DNA of 58,868 nt from a virus (Duplodnaviria > Caudoviricetes): positions 1-58,868 of IMG/VR virus record IMGVR_UViG_3300020438_000040. One strand, written 5' to 3'. The notes under the pieces are model-generated. The model was not told the origin of the DNA and did no database searches. It saw only the letters and a program-made list of their open reading frames with translations. How positions within the stretch are numbered: position 1 is the first letter of the stretch; every line of letters begins with the position of its first letter. The translations under genes were made by a program, and so were the position numbers. Below are positions 8,241 to 16,003 of this stretch, piece after piece.

Positions 8241-10767
8241 AATAAAGTGGAGCAAGGCTGTTGAGTTTAGTCGGGATTGTATATCTGGATTGCCTTGCCC
8301 AGACCTTGCGGAGGATCAATTCAAAGAAATAATTGAAAAAAACCAAAAGGGTGTTGATGAAGGGCAATTGAAGCAAGCTTTCTTTTTTAGAAGAATGGAT
8401 ATATTTACGGACCTGAATACATTGGTAGGTTCTGAGTCCTTGATGCCTAATACATCTTATGGAAACCACCAAATGGTTCAAACTGGAGACCTCAGTAATG
8501 ATGGTGAGGCCTTTCAAAATGCAGATGTTATAGATTTTTTTAATTATAGAAAAAATGAGAATCTAGGTCACCTGTCGGTATTTGAACACATATCTAATCC
8601 TGATCCAACTCGAGTGATTGGTCGAAAGAGGTTTTACTCACGGAGCGGTTGGCCAACGTCTTCGAAAGACTCTTGGAAACTTATGAGTAATAATTTTAGA
8701 ATATCCAAGGTAATAAAAAAAGAAGAATTTGATAATACCACCTCGGTGGGAAAAAAGTTTACATCCAAAAAATCAAGTATTGCTTTTCCCAAAAGCGTTA
8801 GTGAGTTCGGAATGGGCACTATAATATCCTTCACGGGAATAGACATTTCTTTTGAAGGAACGTATCAGGAGACAGCAAGAAGTGATGTACAAGTTAAAAT
8901 CAGAGCAACACTGAATAATTTTGATTTGTTGGAAAACTATTATGATTCCGACGGAGAATATATAGACTCTACCAGTGTTGATTTAGATAAGCACCTGAGG
9001 TTTTTAGATTTGTTTACACCGGCTGAATTGGATGAAGATAACCAAGGGATAATGCTGGAAGTATACACAACACATGCAAACGAAAACGGTGATGACCTAG
9101 AGACCCATAGAAAACCGCAGACAGATGCTAAATATTTATCATATCACAATTATTTAAAACTTGATCTTTATATTGTTGACCATACTTTAAGTTTCGATGA
9201 AGTAAACAATAAGGTAAATATAGAGATAGAGTACAGGGCTGGAGCAGATATGGGTGTCGTGAATAATCGCGTTGGTCCTAAGAACATATTATATGGGGAT
9301 GTTGAGCGAGAGAAGTTTCGCAAGATATTGATAAACTCACAATTCCTACTAGAGAAGAGATGCACTGAAAAATCTTCTGAGGAAATAGATAAAATAGCAG
9401 ACTTACGAAAAAAAGAATTTAAAGAACATATCGATTTGCGGATCCCTATGGTGAATCTTAACTTTGAAGACCCACTGAAGCCATATATAAAAAATTATAA
9501 TTTATCAGTAGGTGGGGCATCTGGTATATCCAAACTTGATTATAACTCATTTGCATACACAACCGGTTTTGATGATGATGTTATTTTTATGGGATTACAT
9601 GAGGCAAATGTATCAAGCGAGATGAAAACTTACCACTTTGTTACTCTTAGGAATTTGTTGGCTGATCTTATTCCCCAAGACCTACTTGATCACTACAAAG
9701 TTATGTTACCATTTGTTCCGATGAAAGTAAGGGGTTTCGGAGTTGATTCTTTTGGGTTCTATCTAGGGGATTTACCCATAGCAGTTGAGCTATTTGAGGA
9801 TTGGTTTAATAAAAAATATATTATTGAAAATGTATCTTACTTAGATGTTAAAACACTTGTTAAAGACATTATAATGAATTATGTTAACCCTTGCTTAAGA
9901 TTAAGTTCTTGGGATAATAACCAAAAAGTAGAACTTGCCACTTCCTCTTTTAATATGTTTGGAGAGTTTACTTATGATAATTCAACCGCAGACCCGCCGA
10001 CAATGAACAGCCCAAGAGTGAACGAAAAACTGTGGGGTAATGCTTCAGAAAGGGGTGCTGTAAAATTTGTACCAAAGATTCCAACCAATGATGCAGCAAA
10101 AGTTGTATCACAAGGAGACTTTGAAGACAAACATGGAAAAGACTATGTATTTATCAATGTCTATGTTGTTGAATCAGAAGACTTTTTAGCTGGTAAACTT
10201 CAGGGCGCAAATAGTATTAAAGATAAATTAGATATAATTTCTAATTATCGCACAGTTATTGAAGCAAAATCTCCTTATGGGCCATTCAAGTCACTAAAAC
10301 TATCAGCAAACAACACAGATTACCTTCGTGAGGTGAGACTAGAACAACAAGGCAAAACAGACATATCACAGTTAGGGAACGTTTATGATGCAACAGTAAC
10401 GACTTACCCGAACTGTCCAGATTTTAGATTCTTTCCCGGTGACTATGTGTATCTTTACGTACCAGATCTTGGCTTTGCTTCAGATACAGACAATCTAGCG
10501 TACAAACTAGGAATCGGTGGTCACCAAATAATAACTAATGTTGTCCATAAAATAGAATTAGAAGGTAGTGCAAAGATGTCTACCGAAGTCACTATGAGAT
10601 ATTGGAACAGTGGGGTCAAGAATCAGCACCAAAACAACCCATCGGCCTCTGGTTGTGTTGTTCGGTCATCTCCGGGTGATCCCGGGTACAGCCCTGTCTC
10701 AATTGAGCGCGACACTAGCGATGAATATGTAGACCCAAATGATAGCGGGTGGGGAGAACCTAAATAA
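8230..10767 (+). CDS. Large baseplate hub-like structural protein
   Basis: Position in the baseplate cluster. C-terminal YDATVT...FFPGDYVY....LGIGGHQIITNVVHKI resembles hub (gp27/gpD-like) C-termini. ATG at 8230 preferred. Confidence 0.55.
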   Translation: MTTKIKWSKAVEFSRDCISGLPCPDLAEDQFKEIIEKNQKGVDEGQLKQAFFFRRMDIFTDLNTLVGSESLMPNTSYGNHQMVQTGDLSNDGEAFQNADVIDFFNYRKNENLGHLSVFEHISNPDPTRVIGRKRFYSRSGWPTSSKDSWKLMSNNFRISKVIKKEEFDNTTSVGKKFTSKKSSIAFPKSVSEFGMGTIISFTGIDISFEGTYQETARSDVQVKIRATLNNFDLLENYYDSDGEYIDSTSVDLDKHLRFLDLFTPAELDEDNQGIMLEVYTTHANENGDDLETHRKPQTDAKYLSYHNYLKLDLYIVDHTLSFDEVNNKVNIEIEYRAGADMGVVNNRVGPKNILYGDVEREKFRKILINSQFLLEKRCTEKSSEEIDKIADLRKKEFKEHIDLRIPMVNLNFEDPLKPYIKNYNLSVGGASGISKLDYNSFAYTTGFDDDVIFMGLHEANVSSEMKTYHFVTLRNLLADLIPQDLLDHYKVMLPFVPMKVRGFGVDSFGFYLGDLPIAVELFEDWFNKKYIIENVSYLDVKTLVKDIIMNYVNPCLRLSSWDNNQKVELATSSFNMFGEFTYDNSTADPPTMNSPRVNEKLWGNASERGAVKFVPKIPTNDAAKVVSQGDFEDKHGKDYVFINVYVVESEDFLAGKLQGANSIKDKLDIISNYRTVIEAKSPYGPFKSLKLSANNTDYLREVRLEQQGKTDISQLGNVYDATVTTYPNCPDFRFFPGDYVYLYVPDLGFASDTDNLAYKLGIGGHQIITNVVHKIELEGSAKMSTEVTMRYWNSGVKNQHQNNPSASGCVVRSSPGDPGYSPVSIERDTSDEYVDPNDSGWGEPK

Positions 10768-12074
10768 TGAGTACATTTGGAGCAAACAATAATAGTTCTG
10801 CAAGAACAGCATTCGAACAAAAGGTTAAGTTTAACACCGAAGCATATGCTGATGTTGATAACCAAAAAGGTATTGTTGAATTTAATTTCTTTGAGAAGAT
10901 CAGATATGGACACGTTAACACAAAAGGAGTCCCTATCATACCTCGAGAAGAACATATGCAGCCAATCATATACTCTAGTCAGTTTGCAGGAATTATCCTT
11001 GATTGTTGTGTTTATGGTGTTGAACAAATCTTAAAACATTTCCTCGATTGTATGCGGTTCGGCATAATCGAAGAGGATCAAATTACAGAGATAGCACCTA
11101 TTCAAGCATATACGCCCCCCATTCTTGAATATAGAAACGGTATCGTATCAAACTTAGATGCCTTTAACAAGCATATAGTTGATATGAACCTCTTAACAAA
11201 TATAAGCGATTTTGATCAATATGTCAAGAAGTTTCTTGATTATTTTAAAATAAATTATAAACAAATGAGACCCATGACTCTAGCAAAGCACTGCCTATCG
11301 AGGTTTGCGTCTCCTCTCGAAACTGGTTTAGCTGTAAAGTTTTTCCCAACAGTCTTTGATGTTGATCAAATTAAATATGATACTCTGATATCAAGTCCCA
11401 ACTTTCAAAAGTATGTTGATGCTTGTAGGAACTTTGGATTTTCTGTTGTTAAGCATACTCCGAACATGGTTATATTTGATATCAATTCTGCTGCAAATAT
11501 AATCCCTCTTCAGGAGAACAATATTACATCAATAGAGAACCTGTTCGAGACTAGGTATACTAACTCTATGGATTCTTCTATCTCCACCCTCAAGGCCCAA
11601 ATGATTAAAGGATATAATCGACTTGTCGACATAAAACAAGTTACTTTGGTACCAAAACACTGTCGAGAGGGATTAGTATATAGAAAGCATGTATTACCAA
11701 AGTTTGATATTAATAATATAAATAATAATAATTATATAAATAATAATATTAATAATATATATATAACCTTTAGATATTATGAAGAACAGGAAAGAATGTC
11801 TATTGGTAAATTCAATCAGATTAAGAATAATGTAAAATTCTTTCAAAAAAGATTTGACAACGATTCAGTTCTAGGTTATATTAATGATGAGTTCCAAAAT
11901 CTTTATAAAGATGAAGAAAACAGTTACAATGATTTCATTCGAAGAGAAAGACAAAAAGAAATTCAAAAACTCGAAGATGAAACTCAAGCACAACTTACAG
12001 CCACAACGGTAGAGATTGAAGAACCAACAATACAAACCTCTCAGCCACAAGCAACTGATAGGGGAACATACTAG
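10767..12074 (+). CDS. Hypothetical protein (last gene of the tail module)
   Basis: 435 aa ORF coupled to the upstream stop. Contains an Asn/Ile low-complexity patch. Confidence 0.6.
   Translation: MSTFGANNNSSARTAFEQKVKFNTEAYADVDNQKGIVEFNFFEKIRYGHVNTKGVPIIPREEHMQPIIYSSQFAGIILDCCVYGVEQILKHFLDCMRFGIIEEDQITEIAPIQAYTPPILEYRNGIVSNLDAFNKHIVDMNLLTNISDFDQYVKKFLDYFKINYKQMRPMTLAKHCLSRFASPLETGLAVKFFPTVFDVDQIKYDTLISSPNFQKYVDACRNFGFSVVKHTPNMVIFDINSAANIIPLQENNITSIENLFETRYTNSMDSSISTLKAQMIKGYNRLVDIKQVTLVPKHCREGLVYRKHVLPKFDINNINNNNYINNNINNIYITFRYYEEQERMSIGKFNQIKNNVKFFQKRFDNDSVLGYINDEFQNLYKDEENSYNDFIRRERQKEIQKLEDETQAQLTATTVEIEEPTIQTSQPQATDRGTY
11707..11766. repeat. 60-nt A/T-only low-complexity tract (TAA/ATA repeats)
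   Basis: No G or C from 11707 to 11766. Confidence 0.9.
11854..11882 (+). promoter_or_regulatory. Sigma70-type early promoter (intragenic)
   Basis: TTGACA-N17-TATATT. Would drive the replication module. Confidence 0.75.
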
Positions 12075-12082
12075 GAGGACAT

Positions 12083-13285
12083 ATGACATTCCAAATTATG
12101 GATGATAAAAAAGATTGCGCAGGAGTTTACGTTGATGGAAAATTTATTTACGACAGAATACCCGACAATATTGATGGTACTTGGGGCTATTCTGATCACC
12201 TTCGAGACCGGCACATTCAATATGCTTACTTATGGACATTGGGATCTAGGATATCCGATATTTGCCCAGAACATCTTAAAGCCAGATGGGAATCCAGAGA
12301 AAAGAAAATAAGATCTCACTTCAAGTCGTTACAAACAGTCAAAATAAACTTCGACGATGTGTGCTTTTTTGATTTAATCCCAGACAAGCAATTAGAGCAT
12401 TATTTCCAGACTAAGAACGAAATATGCGATTGGGTTTTTGCTAACGTTGACAAGCCAACACACTACGGCCTACTGCATGACGGTTATATAACAATACAAA
12501 ATCTTCAAAAACGTGCCCTACATATCAATAAACACAAATTATTTCGATATTCCCAAAAGGATATGAAAGCAAGGAGTTTATGGAACTGGATAAAGGGTCG
12601 ACAAGAAGTATACGTTAAATACAACCTCTTTGGTAGCGTTACAGGACGCTTAACAACGACGGAGGGGTCATTCCCCATAATGAATCTTAAAACGGAATTA
12701 AAGGACATTGTCGAGCCCAAATGGGACTGTTTTTTGGAACTTGATTTTAATGCCGCCGAGATAAGAACAATGATTTCCCTAATGGGACAAAAACAACCAC
12801 AGGAGGATATTCATGAGTGGAACATCAAAAATATATTCAAACAAGACATCACAAGAGCAGAGGCAAAACAAAAGTTTTTTGCTTGGCTCTATAACTCGGA
12901 AAACAAAACTATCGATTCTGAATTCTATAGCAAAAGCGATCTCGTCGAAAAGTTTTATTGCGAAGAACAAAAAGAAATACGAACCCCTTTTGGTAGAAGG
13001 ACAGCTTGTGATAGATTTCACGCGCTCAACTACTTGTTGCAATCTGCTTCCTCCGATAACTGTCTTGACCGCGTCAACAAAATTGAAAAATTCTTAACAG
13101 GGAGAAAAAGTTATGTCGCCTTTACTATACACGATTGTGTTATTATCGACCTTCATGGGGACGATAGGGATCTCATTCCACATATCAGACAAATTTTCGA
13201 AGATACTAAACTTGGGCAGTTCAAATCGTCATGTCATATCGGAAAAAACTTCGGAGACATGCGAGAATTCAAGTGGAAAAATTAA
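12083..13285 (+). CDS. Minimal family A DNA polymerase-like protein (polymerase domain only)
   Basis: GSVTGRL, motif A LELDFNAAEIR, motif B RAEAKQKFFAWLY, NYLLQSASSD, motif C FTIHDCVI. No recognisable exonuclease domain. AGGAGGAC RBS. Confidence 0.8.
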   Translation: MTFQIMDDKKDCAGVYVDGKFIYDRIPDNIDGTWGYSDHLRDRHIQYAYLWTLGSRISDICPEHLKARWESREKKIRSHFKSLQTVKINFDDVCFFDLIPDKQLEHYFQTKNEICDWVFANVDKPTHYGLLHDGYITIQNLQKRALHINKHKLFRYSQKDMKARSLWNWIKGRQEVYVKYNLFGSVTGRLTTTEGSFPIMNLKTELKDIVEPKWDCFLELDFNAAEIRTMISLMGQKQPQEDIHEWNIKNIFKQDITRAEAKQKFFAWLYNSENKTIDSEFYSKSDLVEKFYCEEQKEIRTPFGRRTACDRFHALNYLLQSASSDNCLDRVNKIEKFLTGRKSYVAFTIHDCVIIDLHGDDRDLIPHIRQIFEDTKLGQFKSSCHIGKNFGDMREFKWKN

Positions 13286-13485
13286 GTAATGGCGATCTTG
13301 TTGTTACTTTACCTAAGGTCGAAGGTATCAAGGCCGTTGCGAGACATCTTCGACGAGGTATGATAGGGCTCATTGTTGATCATAGTGCTAGATTCAATGA
13401 TGTTGTCGTATACGGAGTAACGATCGATGGAAACACTTATTGGCTATTTGAAGATGAAATAAAACCACTGGAGAAAAAATGTTAA
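13231..13485 (+). CDS. Small hypothetical protein (GDLV/KOW-SH3-like family)
   Basis: NGDLVV...GMIGLIV...YGVTI..TYWLFEDEI. Start uncertain (GTG 13273 possible). Confidence 0.5.
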   Translation: MSYRKKLRRHARIQVEKLSNGDLVVTLPKVEGIKAVARHLRRGMIGLIVDHSARFNDVVVYGVTIDGNTYWLFEDEIKPLEKKC

Positions 13486-14291
13486 TTATAGGACTCGGAC
13501 AAGCAGGTTGCAATATAGCAGAACTGTTCAAGCAACATAAACAATACGAAGTTGTTCTTCTTGATGAAGGAAAAGGAATCAAGAAAAACGATTCAGTTGA
13601 AGGATATGACTCAATAGATTATAAACCTCGACGTAAGGCTATCAAATCGGCCACTGAGGGCGTTCTTTTTGTTTGTGGTAGTGGTAAGATAGCGGGAGCC
13701 TCTCTGCGCGTTCTAGAGGCTCTGAAGCACGCTAAAATGACTGTTGTATATATCTATCCTGACCTTGAGTTTGCATCCGACATTGAGCGGAGAAGAAATA
13801 AGGTTCACTTCAATGTACTACAGGAATTTACTCGCTCTGGATTGATACACGAAATGCTTTTATTGGACAACAAAACGATGGCTGATTTAACACCAGCAGG
13901 AACAGTGTACGATTTCTATAAAAATATCAATTATCTTGTGTATTCAACAATTCATACCTTAAATTATTGTGCGAACGTGAAGCCTGAATTCACATCAACG
14001 CATACACCAAAGGAAATCAGTCGTATATCGACGATTGGATATGCAAAATTTGAAGAAGATGAAGAAAAGCTGTACTTTCCACTTGACAACATCACGGAGA
14101 CGTGTTATATTATTAACATAAATGAAGAAGAACTCGCTAATGATGTTTCAATTATGCCTAATGTAAAAGGAATGGTTCGAGACAATAAGAAATTAGAAAG
14201 AGATACTTCATTTTCAATTTGGTCCACAACTGAGGGCACAAACTATTATTATGCGAGGCATTACACGCATTTTGTTCAAGAAAAAACTTGA
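13479..14291 (+). CDS. Tubulin/FtsZ-family (PhuZ/TubZ-like) protein, divergent
   Basis: N-terminal IIGLGQAGCNIAE, degenerate T4 loop CGSGKIAGAS, YIYPD, LLDN, IN. Confidence 0.75.
   Translation: MLIIGLGQAGCNIAELFKQHKQYEVVLLDEGKGIKKNDSVEGYDSIDYKPRRKAIKSATEGVLFVCGSGKIAGASLRVLEALKHAKMTVVYIYPDLEFASDIERRRNKVHFNVLQEFTRSGLIHEMLLLDNKTMADLTPAGTVYDFYKNINYLVYSTIHTLNYCANVKPEFTSTHTPKEISRISTIGYAKFEEDEEKLYFPLDNITETCYIININEEELANDVSIMPNVKGMVRDNKKLERDTSFSIWSTTEGTNYYYARHYTHFVQEKT
14083..14111 (+). promoter_or_regulatory. Sigma70-type early promoter (inside the tubulin gene)
   Basis: TTGACA-N17-TATATT with extended -10 TG. Confidence 0.7.
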
Positions 14292-14316
14292 CAAGTTAAC
14301 CACAACACGTTATATT
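14288..14316 (+). promoter_or_regulatory. Sigma70-type early promoter
   Basis: TTGACA-N17-TATATT. Confidence 0.85.
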
Positions 14317-14345
14317 ATAAGTATAATACAAAACAAGGAGATAAA

Positions 14346-14423
14346 ATGGGATTAATATTCGCAACAGTAATATTCATTTTTGCATTCACTTGGTTCTGGA
14401 TGTGGGTTCACGAAAAATTTTAA
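14346..14423 (+). CDS. 25-aa single-pass membrane peptide (MGLIFATVIFIFAFTWFWMWVHEKF)
   Basis: Own promoter and AAGGAG RBS. Not in the ORF track. Confidence 0.7.
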   Translation: MGLIFATVIFIFAFTWFWMWVHEKF

Positions 14424-14431
14424 ATAAATAC

Positions 14432-14460
14432 TTGACAACCTGATTATAGAAGGTTATATT
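14432..14460 (+). promoter_or_regulatory. Sigma70-type early promoter
   Basis: TTGACA-N17-TATATT. Confidence 0.85.
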
Positions 14461-14490
14461 ATATAAACAATAGAGAAGCAAGGAGATGAA

Positions 14491-14589
14491 ATGCTTAGTT
14501 TAATGTTATTCACACTTATTGGGTGTGGCGAAAAAGAAGAAGAATCAAGCGACACAGCATCCGCTGTCGAAGCTTCTGAAGAAAGTTAA
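14491..14589 (+). CDS. 32-aa putative lipoprotein (MLSLMLFTLIGCGEKEEESSDTASAVEASEES)
   Basis: Own promoter, AAGGAG RBS, lipobox LIGC, acidic tail. Not in the ORF track. Confidence 0.7.
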   Translation: MLSLMLFTLIGCGEKEEESSDTASAVEASEES

Positions 14590-14598
14590 GATAATCAC

Positions 14599-14627
14599 TT
14601 GACAACTTAACCGTAATGGGTTATATT
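14599..14627 (+). promoter_or_regulatory. Sigma70-type early promoter
   Basis: TTGACA-N17-TATATT. Confidence 0.85.
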
Positions 14628-14655
14628 ATTATATGTTCAACACAAAGGAGTTAAT

Positions 14656-14910
14656 ATGAGCATCACGCAGCAGTTCACGGTATATACCGGCACATTCGTA
14701 AACCAAACTGGTTTTCAACGACAAATGAGATTCATCAAAGTATCGGATTTCCCTTCATCAGTAACAAGTCGCTTTAAAAGCACTCGTAATCTGCAACAAG
14801 GGTACGAGACAGTATATGATGTAGATCTCGGAAAATATAGGACTTTCAACTATAACACAATGGTTGGTCAGTTGTCCTCAACGACTAGCAATGTAACTAT
14901 TGCAGTCTAA
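14656..14910 (+). CDS. Small SH3/Sm-like beta-barrel protein (DUF2693/WYL_2-like)
   Basis: F...G..R.M.F.....VYDVDLGKYRTFN pattern. AAGGAG RBS. Confidence 0.55.
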   Translation: MSITQQFTVYTGTFVNQTGFQRQMRFIKVSDFPSSVTSRFKSTRNLQQGYETVYDVDLGKYRTFNYNTMVGQLSSTTSNVTIAV

Positions 14911-14963
14911 CCCCCCCTCATAGGTTTTGCTCATTTTTCCTTAAAAAATGTTCACTTTTTTAC

Positions 14964-14992
14964 TTGACAAAGTTTAAAATATATGTTATATT
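14964..14992 (+). promoter_or_regulatory. Sigma70-type early promoter of ssb
   Basis: TTGACA-N17-TATATT with extended -10 TG. Confidence 0.85.
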
Positions 14993-15085
14993 ATAACTGT
15001 AAGTAAATATTCAAACACAAAGACAAATTAACGGTAAGGTTGAAACCCTGCCGTATATAATAGCAACTACAAGGAGAACTTAATC

Positions 15086-15853
15086 ATGGCTATTGATATT
15101 GAAGCGATGCGAGCCAAACTAAATGCATCTAAAACTGGTAGAAAAGGTCAAACTAATAATACGAAATGGAGACCAACTCAAGGAGACCAAACCATTCGTA
15201 TACTTCCTACATCAGACGGTGACCCGTTTAAGGAATTTCACTTTCATTATAATGTAGGCAAAAATCCCGGAATTCTATGTCCTAAGAAAAATCATGGAGA
15301 AGACTGTCCAATCTGTGATTTTGCGTCCAAACTGTGGCGTGAAGGAGTTGAAGGTGACGATAATTCATTAAAGAACGAAGCAAAGAAGCTATTTGTTCGT
15401 AAGCGTTATTATTCTCCGATACTTGTTCGAGGAAATGAATCTGAAGGAGTAAAAGTTTGGTCTTATGGAAAGACTGCGTATGAAACATTGCTGGGTTATG
15501 TCCTCGACCCTGACTATGGTGATATTACAGATGCTGAAACTGGAACTGATATTGTATTAAATTATGATGTTCCCGGCACACCCGGTTCTTTCCCTAAGAC
15601 CACCCTAAAACCTCGTCGACGTCCGAGTATATTATGCGATGAGTCTGTCGCTGATTGCGATCAATTGATAGAATCTATTCCTGATATTGGCGGTCTTTTC
15701 GAAAGAAAGACAACAGAAGACATTCAAGCAATACTTGACGATTTCTTGTCTACCGACACGTCCTCCGAAAGTAGATCGACTGAAACAACCAAGTATTCGA
15801 AAAATAACTCGAATGTTGACGAGGAATTTAAAAAATTCATGAACGACGGTTAA
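15086..15853 (+). CDS. Single-stranded DNA-binding protein (T4 gp32-like)
   Basis: WRPTQG..IRILP, HYN..CP....DCPIC zinc motif, RYYSPILVRG, GVKVWSYGK, YGDITD...GTD, acidic C-terminus. Confidence 0.9.
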   Translation: MAIDIEAMRAKLNASKTGRKGQTNNTKWRPTQGDQTIRILPTSDGDPFKEFHFHYNVGKNPGILCPKKNHGEDCPICDFASKLWREGVEGDDNSLKNEAKKLFVRKRYYSPILVRGNESEGVKVWSYGKTAYETLLGYVLDPDYGDITDAETGTDIVLNYDVPGTPGSFPKTTLKPRRRPSILCDESVADCDQLIESIPDIGGLFERKTTEDIQAILDDFLSTDTSSESRSTETTKYSKNNSNVDEEFKKFMNDG

Positions 15854-15917
15854 GTCGTAGTCCTCCTGTGTTGAAAGGGTCGCCGTCCACCCTAGAAAGA
15901 AAGGGCGGCATTTTTTT
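15854..15917 (+). ncRNA. Candidate 3'-UTR regulatory RNA: anti-RBS segment, H-type pseudoknot, U-tract
   Basis: GTCCTCCTGTGTTG (15860-73). Stem 1 AGGGT/ACCCT, stem 2 GCCGTCC/GGGCGGC, then A and T7. Confidence 0.5.
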
Positions 15918-16003
15918 AATGATTATGATACTCTATTGATGTTTAGAAAGAGTATTGTAATCCGTCAAACCGAACGAATCGGAAAAAATAGGAAAAAATA
16001 AAA

